Positions 42,162 through 54,100 of a DNA stretch of 64,000 nucleotides are shown piece after piece; position 1 is the stretch's first letter; every line of letters starts with the position of its first letter. Source of the DNA: Eledone cirrhosa. Its lineage: Eukaryota. The stretch spans positions 110,856,001 to 110,920,000 of the forward strand of contig OZ024740.1 in the NCBI GenBank assembly GCA_964016885.1. Direction: 5' to 3'. The notes under the pieces are model-generated. The model was not told the origin of the DNA. It ran no database searches and was given only the letters and a program-made list of their open reading frames with translations. The translations under genes and the position numbers were made by a program.

Positions 42162-43400
42162 TTATAAAGGCTGTGTCAGAATCAATCTGCATGTCCCGAA
42201 GAAGACGGTTCTGAGGTTTATCAGTCCGCTTCCATCTCTTATTATCTCAAGGGTCTCGTTCAGACATAGTTTGCATATGCAAGATCCCCCTTTATCGGGT
42301 GGTACTTTCCTGATTATGGACCAGGCCAGTATGGGGTCCTGTCCAGCTTAAGCTTCCAGATCAGGTCGGAGAGAGCCGTACTTTTCCTTTTGGCCTCCTT
42401 ATTGAAGGAATAGCGATGGTTATACCAGCGGTCTTTAAAGCTCGTTGATGTGGCTCCTATGTAGAGGTGTTCGGGGTTGGGGGTTTTAACCCTACAACCG
42501 TATACTAGGTTCTTCTTAAGGCATTTATTACCAAGGGGGCATGATTCGGGGTTTCTGCAGTTGCAGAGGGTGGTCGACCTCTGCGTACCTAGATTGGGGT
42601 TTCCGTTAGGTGTTATATGGTGGTCTTTCCCCAGGCGCGGTGGTGTGTCCCCGGGTCTGTTTGGGTTTCTTGGTTCTGCTGAGTGCTTATATTGCCATCT
42701 TCTGGTTGTGTGTGGTTTTAAGCCTACTCCTGTTGATGCTAGCTATGTGTTGGGCCAGATTTCTCGTGGTGGAATACGAGAGCTTCACAGTGTGTCTGTT
42801 GAAGATCTTGTGGTATCTATGGTCCCTCGGGAAGCATTTATCAAGTACTCCAAAGAATAATCGGGCCAAGCTGTTCTTTAGGGCCACTGAGTAGGGTTGG
42901 TTGTACCACGTGATTTTTCTATGTCTCCTCCTATATGTGTGGGTCGGGGGCGTCGTGAGTTGTTGGAGATTTGTTGGATTGCTGGTGGTTCCCGCATTGT
43001 TGCTTCTCCTTTGGGCGCTATGCGTTTTGCTATCTTCACGGGCCCGAATCTGTAGGGTTGTCGTTTCCCGCGCTGGGGGATCTACCATGGAGTGGTCCCC
43101 CGTTCCCCACGCCACACGTGTCCTGCAGTTGGGGTCGTCGGGCCCAGGGTGGTTAGCATGACCCCTGAGACTGCTACTCATATTGGGTTTCATCCCATGG
43201 TTAAGCGTACTCGTCACCAACGCCCGTGTGGTGGTGTCGGGCTCATGGTGCCTATTTGTTTTTGTACTGCCTGTATTGTTAGGGTTCGCCCCCCCCTATT
43301 TTATAACGTCCCCTCTCTATTTTCTCCAGAACCCTTTTTCGCCTACTTCCTCTAGCCTAGTTTCATACACAATCCTTAGAATTTGCTGTATAGAATTCAC
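42162..43400 (-). pseudogene. PLE linker and GIY-YIG endonuclease, frameshifted
   Basis: RKITWYNQPYS...LDKCFPRDHRYHKIFNRHTVKLSYS; CNCRNPESCPLGNKCLKKNLVYGCRV...LYIGATSTSFKDRWYNHRYSF...STALSDLIWKL; then after a frameshift AWSII...CKLCLNE...LINLR...CR. Confidence 0.88.
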
Positions 43401-43605
43401 TTTCAACGCTTGACCGGCTCCACCCACTCCCTCATTGTTCTACAGGCAAGTTCAGCCACCCCCACCTCCCAATCACTGCCATGATAGACTTAATTGTGTT
43501 TACAAGAAATTTTGACCAATCCTCTTGACAACTACAATCTTCCCATATAAGGAATTACCCATTGAAAAGTTCGGCTATTTATTTACCACGCTAAAAATTC
43601 TAATT

Positions 43606-43665
43606 TAGTCCAGAAATAGCCGTCGAAACGGCTTGAGCTCTGCCGTCGGGGTCATACATTTTCCT
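43606..43665 (+). mobile_element. Family A element, single arm only
   Basis: agtccagaaatagccgtcgaaacggcttgagctctgccgtcggggtc...ttttcctata. Confidence 0.7.
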
Positions 43666-43801
43666 ATATATATGCCGTATGGTTTCTAGGATGCATCCAT
43701 AGGCGGTAAGACGGTTGAGCACTCTATGCTCCTTCGAAGCAGAGTATGATAACATGGAAAACGAAGAATCAGTGATGCATCGGAACACAATTTATTACGT
43801 A

Positions 43802-44952
43802 CTAGCAGTAAAGCCCGGCGTTGCTCGGGGTCGCTCAGTAGCTGTGTTAAAGTTACAATGTTAAGTTTCTTTTTTGGCTTAAAAACTGTAGTGTCTACTG
43901 TGCAGACTTGCATGTGGTGTTTTTGATTAATATTCCCTCAACCAACAATATGCCTTATGAAGTTAAGAAAACATAACGATAACCCGAATGTTATAACAAA
44001 AGAGGATGCTGGGGATAAAAACTGCACTGGTTATTTATTAACAAAGATCGAAAATGTAAACACTGCAACGCAGAGAAAAACATTAGCGTAACCAAATTAT
44101 CAGTTATGTCTGTCTGCACGCCTATATCACCTCTTTGCACGACTGTCTGTCTGCACGCCTATATCACCTCTCTGCACGACTGTCTGTCTGCACGCCTATA
44201 TCACCTCTCTGCACGACTGTCTGTCTGCACGCCTATATCACCTCTCTGCACGACTGTCTGTCTGCACGCCTATATCACCTCTCTGCACGACTGTCTGTCT
44301 GCACGCCTATATCACCTCTCTGCACGACTGTCTGTCTGCACGACTGTCTGTCTGCACGCCTAACGACGAAATATTTGCTTGTTTTACGTAGTCTTTAAAT
44401 AGACTTGTTTTCAAGTAAAAATATTGTTTTAAAAGGCTTTTAAATGGAAATGAAGCAAAACGGGGTCGCTCAGTAGCTGTGTTAAAGTTACAATGTTAAG
44501 TTTCTTTTTTGGCTTAAAAACTGTAGTGTCTACTGTGCAGACTTGCATGTGGTGTTTTTGATTAATATTCCCTCAACCAACAATATGCCTTATGAAGTTA
44601 AGAAAACATAACGATAACCCGAATGTTATAACAAAAGAGGATGCTGGGGATAAAAACTGCACTGGTTATTTATTAACAAAGACTGAGAAAGCCAGCGTAA
44701 TTTTTTACGTAAGACGCTCAATGTAAACAGAACAAAGGGAAATAACTGATAACTTACGCTCAAAAATCGATACATTATATTCGATTTCGTCACATAGGGT
44801 GGGTCAATTTGAAATTTTTTTTTTCCGATGTCTTCGCTAGGGCTCAATGTACAAGTATAGCAATTTCGGTGCAATTCCGTGAGAGATTCTAAGAGGCGAT
44901 GTGTGCCAAAAATCGATAGACAGACAGACAACCACAGTTTTATATATATAGA
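43802..44952 (-). mobile_element. Non-autonomous Helitron, copy 1
   Basis: The minus strand begins TC(TATATATATAAAAC) and ends with the GC hairpin CCCGAGCAACGCCGGG followed by CTAG. Inserted between A and T with no TSD. Internal duplication: 44461-44680 copies 43827-44047. Confidence 0.85.
44108..44360. repeat. 37-bp minisatellite inside the Helitron (~6 copies)
   Basis: gtctgtctgcacgcctatatcacctctctgcacgact. Confidence 0.9.
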
Positions 44953-45103
44953 TTACAATTATTTCTCCGGCGAAATACGTAATAAATTGTGTTCCGATGC
45001 ATCACTAATTCTTCGTTTTCCATTTTATATATATATATTGTGACCATAGGTAATCCGCTAGACTCAGATTAGCAATAACGAGTAGTTTCAGTTATATAAT
45101 TAA

Positions 45104-46203
45104 CTAGCAGTAAAGCCCGGCGTTGCTCGGGGTCGCTCAGTAGCTGTGTTAAAGTTACAATGTTAAGTTTCTTTCTTGGCTTAAAAACTGTAGTGTCTAC
45201 TGTGCAGACTTGCATGTGGTGTTTTTGATTAATATTCCCTCAACCAACAATATGCCTTATGAAGTTAAGAAAACATAACGATAACCCGAATGTTATAACA
45301 AAAGAGGATGCTGGGGATAAAAACTGCACTGGTTATTTATTAACAAAGATCGAAAATGTAAACACTGCAACGCAGATAAAAACATTAGCGTAACCAAATT
45401 ATCAGTTATGTCTGTCTGCACGCCTATATCACCTCTCTGCACGACTGTCTGTCTGCACGCCTATATCACCTCTCTGCACGACTGTCTGTCTGCACGCCTA
45501 TATCACCTCTCTGCACGACTGTCTGTCTGCACGCCTATATCACCTCTCTGCACGACTGTCTGTCTGCACGCCTATATCACCTCTCTGCACGACTGTCTGT
45601 CTGCACGCCTATATCACCTCTCTGCACGACTGTCTGTCTGCACGCCTATATCACCTCTCTGCACGACTATCTGTCTGTACGCGTATATCACCTCTCTGCA
45701 CGACTGTCTGTCTGCACGACTGTCTGTCTGCACGCCTAACGACGAAATATTTGCTTGTTTTACGTAGTCTTTAAATAGACTTGTTTTCAAGTAAAAATAT
45801 TGTTTTAAAATGCTTTTAAATGGAAATGAAGCAAAACGGAAGCTTAGTGTTCGAACTGATGAATTTTGCAGGTCAATATTTTGCTGGCTCGACAACTGTT
45901 CGTTCGTGTATTGTGTTAATGTCATTTTAAACGCTGAGAAAGCCAGCGTAATTTTTTACGTAAGACGCTCAATGTAAACAGAACAAAGGGAAATAACTGA
46001 TAACTTACGCTCAAAAATCGATACATTATATTCGATTTCGTCACATAGGGTGGGTCAATTTGAAATTTTTTTTTTCCGATGTCTTCGCTAGGGCTCAATG
46101 TACAAGTATAGCAATTTCGGTGCAATTCCGTGAGAGATTCTAAGAGGAGATGTGTGCCAAAAATCGATAGACAGACAGACAACCACAGTTTTATATATAT
46201 AGA
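45104..46203 (-). mobile_element. Non-autonomous Helitron, copy 2
   Basis: Same TC / hairpin-CTAG termini and A|T insertion site; near-identical to copy 1. Confidence 0.85.
45410..45737. repeat. 37-bp minisatellite inside the Helitron (~8 copies)
   Basis: Same unit as 44108-44360. Confidence 0.9.
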
Positions 46204-46269
46204 TTGTATATTCTCTATTTTATTCTTGACTGTTGACAAACTCAAACGTAAGGATTTGCAACCAAAAGG

Positions 46270-46728
46270 ATTTGAAACTATCTCTCAATACCTTGATGCC
46301 CGCCCCATCCACTTAGTCACCAACCTCCCCTCCCACATCCATGACACTAATTATACTCTTCGACTGTTGAACTCCTTCTCCTTACCTCCTGTCCCACTCA
46401 CCTCATCACCCAGGACATCGCCTCTCTCTACATCATCATGTTTCACGATGACGGTCTCTGCCCTCTCCGACACATTTTGAACTTATGCCCTATATCTTAC
46501 CCTAACGCTTCCTCTCTTCTCCACGTTGTTAAGCTCTTTCTCACCCTCGATAATTTTTCCTTTTCCGAAGAGTTTTACCAGCAGTTCTCTGGCTAGCTCT
46601 CGGAACCAGAGTGGTCCCAAACTACGTCAACTTGTTCGTTGGCTAATTTGAGGCCCAAAGCTTCGTTCAGTACATTGGAGCCACCCTTGCGTTATACGGT
46701 TGTTATATCGACGATTGTATCGGTGCCA

Positions 46729-46819
<91 letters not shown>

Positions 46820-47190
46820 TTCCCGTGAACAACTCGACTCCTATCTTTCTTTCGTCTAGTTTGTTTCTCCTGCCCTCACCTTTCCCTCACCCATGGTTCT
46901 GCAGCTATGATTATGACTTCGAGATCCAGTTTCAACGCATAGCTTCTCGCTTCAACCAGTGTGAATATCCTCCCACCTTGACCCAAGCTGCCCTTACCCG
47001 CATCCGTGATACTGACGCACTCCAGCCCTCTTACCCACCGACAGCCGACCCCCCCCCTTTACCTGCCACCCCTCTACCCTACTCTTGTGTTGCCGTATCA
47101 TTCTTTACGTCCGAGCCCTTCACTTGCATCTCTACCAACGTCGTTTATGCCCTCCGGCGTTACATTTGCGGGTCCATTCAAATCTTTTCA
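46270..47190 (+). pseudogene. Degenerate, internally deleted PLE RT and start of the GIY-YIG domain
   Basis: ISQYLD...LPSHIHDTNYTLRLL; DIASLY; LFLTLDNFSFSEEFYQQFSG; PNYVNLFVG; YIDDCIG; thumb-like CSYDYDF...RFNQCEYP; FTCISTNVVYA. Contains frameshifts and a (CT)n insertion. Confidence 0.82.
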
Positions 47191-47425
47191 CAAACAAACG
47201 AACAAACCTATATACGCACACACACACGCACAAAAAAATGTTCACTCAAAATATACAATGATTACACCCCTTTTGGGAGGGACCTCAAAAATACCTAAGA
47301 TATCCACGGATCAGAATTTCTCAAAATGGCTCTTTGAATAAACACCTTTATTTCTCAAAAAATCATTTTCTTTTCCTTCTTCTTCTCATTCACTGTGTTT
47401 TCAGTCATCTTTTATTTCTCATTCT

Positions 47426-47463
47426 GTCTACTGATGAAAGACTAGTGTCCGAAACTTTGAGAC
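47426..47463 (+). ncRNA. Degenerate hammerhead in the 3' pLTR of the PLE remnant
   Basis: GUCU-A-CUGAUGA-AAGAC(UAGU)GUCC-GAAACUUUG-AGAC; homologous to 12045-12078. Confidence 0.6.
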
Positions 47464-47545
47464 TGATTTCCTACTTTATCAAGCGTTGAACTAATATATT
47501 TCCTCATTGTACTCTGCGTTTGCTTTGTTATTTCTGTTATATTTT

Positions 47546-47587
<42 letters not shown>

Positions 47588-47811
47588 ACACCCATATAAA
47601 CACACACACAAGCACACAGATATATATATATATATATATATAAATATAGTTTGGCTAGCCTCCTCTGTGGTTGCATCCCATGAAAGATTTCATCCGTGAT
47701 ATATATATATGGCTTCCAGTTGAAGCCTTTCACAATTTTTACAGTGACATGAGATGTTATTTGAACTCAGAACACAGTAAGGAACCATATGTATGTGTGT
47801 GAGGCCACGAT

Positions 47812-47915
47812 ATATATGAAAGTCGGTTAAAATTTGTCATAAGCTGAAAAGTTCACAGACAGACCAAGATACTCTCATGGAATGACCAAATGTTAAGTTT
47901 TCAATATAGTCTCTG
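47812..47915 (+). mobile_element. Possible mariner-like terminal fragment
   Basis: gctgaaaagttcacag...gaccaagatactctcatggaat resembles a mariner TIR region (recalled only). Confidence 0.35.
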
Positions 47916-48164
47916 GAAAGGAACAATGCAGTTATAAATAAGCAGAGTTGATATTAATGCATGAAAGATTTCATAGCTCTAGCATAAACCGTTCATAACA
48001 ACATACCTATGAACTTTTCAGACAATCTCGTATATGTATGCATGAATATCTGGTTTTATATGTGTAAGTATGACTGCGTCTCGTTTCTGCACATTTTTGT
48101 GTGACTTGCTGTTTCAGAGTGTCTCCTGCTTGCATTTTTGTATCCGTGTTTATTAATGGATGTT

Positions 48165-48233
<69 letters not shown>

Positions 48234-48477
48234 CTGTGTGTGTGTGTGTGTGAGTAAAATGTATATTTTCAGCTAGTGAAAGAATGGAAGAAGAGAAAAC
48301 AATATATATAGCATTAGAGGATGTAAGAAACAATATAGAGGTAAGTACACACACACTCTCTTTTTTTCTCTCTCTATCTCACTTTCTACCCCCCCCCCTC
48401 TCTCTCTTACACACATACAATGTCACATACGCACACAGACACAAATGCACAAATACACAAACACAAGTGTTTGTATG

Positions 48478-48510
<33 letters not shown>

Positions 48511-48583
48511 TAGAAGAGAGCAAGGAAACAGAAAGAGAGGCAGAATGAAACAATAAGTGATTACATGTGCATATATCTATGTA

Positions 48584-48660
48584 TTGGGTCGTCCAGTATG
48601 AAATTTGTAGAAATTTGTTTCTTCAACAAATTTCTAGAAATTTCATACTGGACGACTCAA
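48584..48660. mobile_element. 77-bp Tc1/mariner-type mini-MITE consisting only of TIRs
   Basis: ttgggtcgtccagtatgaaattt...aaatttcatactggacgactcaa, flanked by TA on both sides. Confidence 0.7.
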
Positions 48661-48693
48661 TATATGTACCTCTCTCCTTCTTTTTCTCTCTCT

Positions 48694-48754
<61 letters not shown>

Positions 48755-48759
48755 TATAT

Positions 48760-48798
<39 letters not shown>

Positions 48799-49124
48799 CA
48801 CTGAAAATAGGGAGTGTGATAAAGGAAAGAAAGCGAGAGCAAGAGAGAAATGATTGAATGTGTATATGAGATCAGAGTTATAAGTTGGAAAATTGTCAGT
48901 TCGTGTGGTGACGTTCACGCCGAAGAAGTTGTTTAAGTAAATCCAAATAGTTGAAAGATACCCTACGATGCCAAACAGCCTACAGCGTTTGCTGTGTCTT
49001 TCCTTCTTATATCGCTTTTAATTACTTCACATTAAAATAAGTATTCCGATAGAAATCAATTGCTAGAGACCACAAACAACAGTATCAGGAAGCGGCGGGA
49101 GTCATATCATTATGCTACCAGCCG

Positions 49125-49280
49125 TAAGGCAGCGAAATGGCAGAGTCATTAGAACGTCAGATATAATAATTTGTGTTATCCATTCCTGCTCTTTGCATTC
49201 TGTGTTCGAATCCTGCCGTGGCCAACACATTTGACATTTATCCTTTCAGAGATCGATCAAAGCACTGGGATCGATTTCTG
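49125..49280 (+). mobile_element. Degenerate tRNA-derived SINE
   Basis: A-box-like tggcagagtcattag, B-box gttcgaatcc, then tatcctttc...gatcgat...cactgggatcgat. Confidence 0.6.
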
Positions 49281-49409
49281 TTTTCTATTTTCTATACACC
49301 CCTTTTCTCTCTCCCAGAATAATCTATGTGAAAGGGGAAAAAGGCGCGTTCATATTGTGGCCCTAATATTCTGCAGATATGCCAACTTCATGTACAAGAT
49401 TGTGGATAC

Positions 49410-49553
49410 TCCATCCATCTGTCCCCTCACTTATAATGTCTCCACATCCATCTGTCCCCTCACTTATAATGTCTCCACATCCATCTGTCCCCTCACTTAT
49501 AATGTCTCCACATCCATCTGTCCCCTCACTTATAATGTCTCCAAATGCATCTG
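49410..49553. repeat. 33-bp tandem repeat (~4.3 copies)
   Basis: tccacatccatctgtcccctcacttataatgtc. Confidence 0.9.
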
Positions 49554-49572
49554 TAGCCTGGGCATCACTGAC

Positions 49573-49812
49573 GTTAGAATTAGATTTAGGATAAGAATAA
49601 GTTTTAGGCGTAGGGGTTAGCCTAGTTGCTAGGGATTAGTGTTAAGGTTACGGATTAGGTTTAGGGCTAGAGGGACGGTTGGGGTTACAGTTTAGGGGTG
49701 GATTTAGAGTTAGGTGTATGGTTAAGATAAAGGGATAGGGTTAGATTAAGGGTAAGAGTGAGGTTTAGGATGTGGTTTAGGGTTAAGAATAGGTTTCAGG
49801 GAGAGGGTTAGT
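49573..49812 (+). repeat. Degenerate interstitial (TTAGGG)-like tract
   Basis: Multiple gttagg, ttaggg and gggttag hexamer variants. Confidence 0.7.
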
Positions 49813-51164
49813 GTATATCTAAAACATATTCATATTTCATTAAAAAATTTCATAAAATTTACCAAAAAATTTCCAATAACTTTCGTGAAAACGTTTACAA
49901 AAAATTAAGAAAAAAACTTTTGTCTAAATTTATCCAAATACCAGTAAATGTTTTTCAAAAATTCATCAACATATTTTTTTTAATGTACCCATCTGAATGT
50001 TGTTTGTAAGTGGGGAAGCGAACTCTGAGAGCTGAGTGCTAGAAAAAAAAAACTAACGATTATGCTTACTGGATTGTATTTCTTAAGTTATATATATAAA
50101 ACGTCGAATTACATTATAGTTTTGAGGTGCTTCACATTTGAGAATTTATTTGTTTAAAGTACATTTTAGGATAATAATTTCAATGTTTGAAAAATTATAG
50201 TATAAAATTTCGACTGATAAGCAATAGTTAGAAACAATGCTGGGACAAGAAGCGCCAGCGATACGGGACGGACTGTAGACATCCAACAACGAAGTGGACA
50301 TCCCATCATTTGTTCAAACATAATGAAACTAAGAACACTTTATATAATATTTCCTCATGATCTGTAGGTGCCGGCTTTAAGTTTTCTAATGTCGTAGCCA
50401 GAAGAGAAACAGAGATACGTATAACCCGTTTTAATAGTTCTGAGACGGTATACTTAGACTGGGGATCTGAGCAGAAGTCTTGCAACAAAACTGATTGTGC
50501 TAAAGACTAAGTCTACACTTATCCCAAGAACATGATATATTATTCTGACGGGCTTCTACACTGTAGCCTTCTATAAATGCTACTCGACTCCTGGCGCAGA
50601 CAGAATTAAATTTCTTCAATGGAAAACGCAGTGGGGCTAAGGCGGAAATTAATTAGATACGAAGCAATTCCTTCACAGCTCATCAACGCTTGCTCCCATT
50701 AAACTAGTGAGGTTTAACTGTTATTACTAGCAGGTAGTGATACCATACAGAAGTTTGCTCATTACCTCGAGATAAACGCGTATATTCGACGAATATTACA
50801 CACATACATGCCAACACATTATGTGTGGATTTGAGTGTTTGGCTGTATGCAGTGTATGTGATTCCTTGTATGCGTTTCTCTGTCTGTGTATGAGTGAAAG
50901 ATAGTGAGTGAATGTGTATGTGTATGTGTATGTATATGAGCTCCTGATTTTGTGTAGTGTGGAGTGTCATTTGTGAGAGTATATGTGTGTGGTTTTCAGT
51001 GTTAACTTGTGTTTAGTTAGGAGTATTTCTTTGTAAGAATGTGTAGAAGTGTGTATATTACAGCGTGCTTCCGAGTATGTATGTATATTAGTCTGTCACT
51101 ATGTAGCATCCTGTGTGTTTTTCTGTGTTCATTGCGTGTGTGTTTATATGTGTGCCGGAATGTG

Positions 51165-54100
51165 TTACTGTTACTGTGTATGTCTGTGTGTTAATATGTG
51201 TTGGTATGTGTTACTGTGTATGTCTGTGTGTTAATATGTGTGTTGGTATGTGTTACTGTGTGTGTCTGTGTGTTAATATGTGTGTTGGTATGTGTTACTG
51301 TGTATGTCTGTGTGTTAATATGTGTGTTGGTATGTGTTACTGTGTATGTATGTGTGTTAATATGTGTGTTGGTATGTGTTACTGTGTATGTCTGTGTGTT
51401 AATATGTGTGTTGGTATGTGTTACTGTGTATGTCTGTGTGTTAATATGTGTGTTGGTATGTGTTACTGTGTATGTCTGTGTGTTAATATGTGTGTTGGTA
51501 TGTGTTACTGTGTATGTCTGTGTGTTAATGTGTGTGTTGGTATGTGTTACTGTGTATGTCTGTGTGTTAATATGTGTGTTGGTATGTGTTACTGTGTATG
51601 TCTGTGTGTTAATATGTGTGATGGTATGTGTTACTGTGTATGTCTGTGTGTTAATATGTGTGTTGGTATCTGTTACTGTGTATGTCTGTGTGTTAATATA
51701 TGTTTTGGTATGTGTTACTGTGTATGTATGTGTGTTAATATGTGTGTTGGTATGTGTTACTGTGTATGTCTGTGTGTTAATATGTGTGTTGGTATGTGTT
51801 ACTGTGTATGTCTGTGTGTTAATATGTGTGTTGGTATGTGTTACTGTGTATGTCTGTGTGTTAATATGTGTGTTGGTATGTGTTACTGTGTATGTCTGTG
51901 TGTTAATATGTGTGTTGGTATGTGTTACTGTGTGTGTCTGTGTGTTAATATGTGGGTTGGTATGTGTTACTGTGTATGTCTGTGTGTTAATATGTGTATT
52001 GGTATGTGTTACTGTGTATGTCTGTGTGTTAATATGTGTGTTGGTATGTGTTGCTGTGTATGTCTGTGTGTTAATATGTGTGTTGGTATGTGTTACTGTG
52101 TGTGTCTGTGTGTTAATATGTGTGTTGGTATGTGTTACTGTGTATGTCTGTGTGTTAATATGTGTGTTGGTATGTGTTACTGTGTATGTCTGTGTGTTAA
52201 TATGTGTGTTGGTATGTGTTACTGTGTATGTCTGTGTGTTAATATATATGTTGGTATGTGTTACTGTGTATGTCTGTGTGTTAATGTGTGTGTTGGTATG
52301 TGTTACTGTGTATGTCTGTGTGTTAATATGTGTGTTGGTATGTGTTACTGTGTATGTCTGTGTGTTAATATGTGTGTTGGTATGTGTTACTGTGTATGTC
52401 TGTGTGTTAATATGTGTGTTGGTATGTGTTACTTTGTATGTCTGTGTGTTAATGTGTGTGTTGGTATGTGTTACTGTGTATGTCTGTGTGTTAATATGTG
52501 TGTTGGTATGTGTTACTGTGTATGTCTGTGTGTTAATATGTGTGTTGGTATGTGTTACTGTGTATGTCTGTGTGTTAATATGTGTGTTGGTATGTGTTAC
52601 TGTGTATGTCTGTGTGTTAATATGTATGTTGGTATGTGTTACTGTATATGTCTGTGTGTTAAAGTGTGTTGGTATGTGTTACTGTGTATGTCTGTGTGTT
52701 AATATATGTGTTGGTATGTGTTACTGTGTATGTCTGTGTGTTAATATGTGTGTTGGTATGTGTTACTGTGTATGTCTGTGTGTTAATATGTGTGATGGTA
52801 GGTGTTACTGTGTATGTCTGTGTGTTAATATGTGTGTTGGTATGTGTTACTGTGTATGTCTGTGTGTTAATATATGTTTTGGTATGTGTTACTGTGTATG
52901 TATGTGTGTTAATATGTGTGTTGGTATGTGTTACTGTGTATGTCTGTGTGTTAATATGTGTGTTGGTATGTGTTACTGTGTATGTCTGTGTGTTAATATG
53001 TGTGTTGGTATGTGTTACTGTGTATGTCTGTGTGTTAATATGTGTGTTGGTATGTGTTACTGTGTATGTCTGTGTGTTAATATGTGTGTTGGTATGTGTT
53101 ACTGTGTATGTCTGTGTGTTAATATGTGTGTTGGTATGTGTTACTGTGTATGTCTGTGTGTTAATATGTGTGTTGGTATGTGTTACTGTGCATGTCTGTG
53201 TGCTAATATGTGTGTTGGTATGTGTTACTGCGTATGTCTGTGTGTTAATATGTGTGTTCGTATGTGTTACTGTGTATGTCTGTGTGTTAATATATGTGTT
53301 GGTATGTGTTACTGTGTATGTCTGTGTGTTAATATGTCTGTTGGTATGTGTTACTGTGTATGTCAGTGTGTTAATATGTGTGTTGGTATGTGTTACTGTG
53401 TATGTCTGTGTGTTAATATGTGTGTTGGTATGTGTTACTGTGTATGTCTGTGTGTTAATGTGTGTTGGTATGTGTTACTATGTATGTCTGTGTGTTAATG
53501 TGTGTTGGTATGTGTTACTGTGTATGTCTGTGTGTTAATATGTGTTGGTATGTGTTACTGTGTATCTCTGTGTGTTAATGTGTGTTGGTATGTGTTACTG
53601 TGTATGTCTGTGTGTTAATATGTATGTTGGTATGTGTTACTGTGTATGTCTGTGTGTTAAAGTGTGTTGGTATGTGTTACTGTGTATGTCTGTGTGTTAA
53701 TATATGTGTTGGTATGTGTTACTGTGTATGTCTGTGTGTTAATATGTGTGTTGGTATGTGTTACTGTGTATGTCTGTGTGTTAATATGTGTGATGGTATG
53801 TGTTACTGTGTATGTCTGTGTGTTAATATGTGTGTTGGTATGTGTTACTGTGTATGTCTGTGTGTTAATATATGTTTTGGTATGTGTTACTGTGTATGTC
53901 TGTGTGTTAATATGTGTGTTGGTATGTGTTACTGTGTATGTCTGTGTGTTAATATGTGTGTTGGTATGTGTTACTGTGTATGTCTGTGTGTTAATATGTG
54001 TGTTGGTATGTGTTACTGTGTATGTCTGTGTGTTAATATGTGTGTTGGTATGTGTTACTGTGTATATCTGTGTGTTAATATGTGTGTTGGTATGTGTGAC

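Larger units (their letters stand above)
40925..43415 (-). mobile_element. 5'-truncated Penelope-like retroelement (probably Naiad-type) with a long repetitive 3' UTR and hammerhead
   Basis: GIY-YIG coding remnant, then ~280 bp tandem UTR repeats (~41288 and ~41568), then the hammerhead and poly(A) signal. Boundaries are approximate. Confidence 0.7.
43673..45025 (-). mobile_element. Family C hairpin element split by a Helitron insertion (43673-43801 and 44953-45025)
   Basis: atggaaaacgaagaatcagtgatgcatcggaacacaatttattacgta on the left is the reverse complement of tacgtaataaattgtgttccgatgcatcactaattcttcgttttccat on the right. Confidence 0.7.

Noticed and set aside
44108-45737. 37-bp repeats as a CRISPR array
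   Set aside because: The repeats are contiguous with no spacers, lie inside Helitrons, and the context is eukaryotic.
49573-49812. True telomere or fusion site
   Set aside because: Short, highly degenerate, in a single orientation and interstitial.
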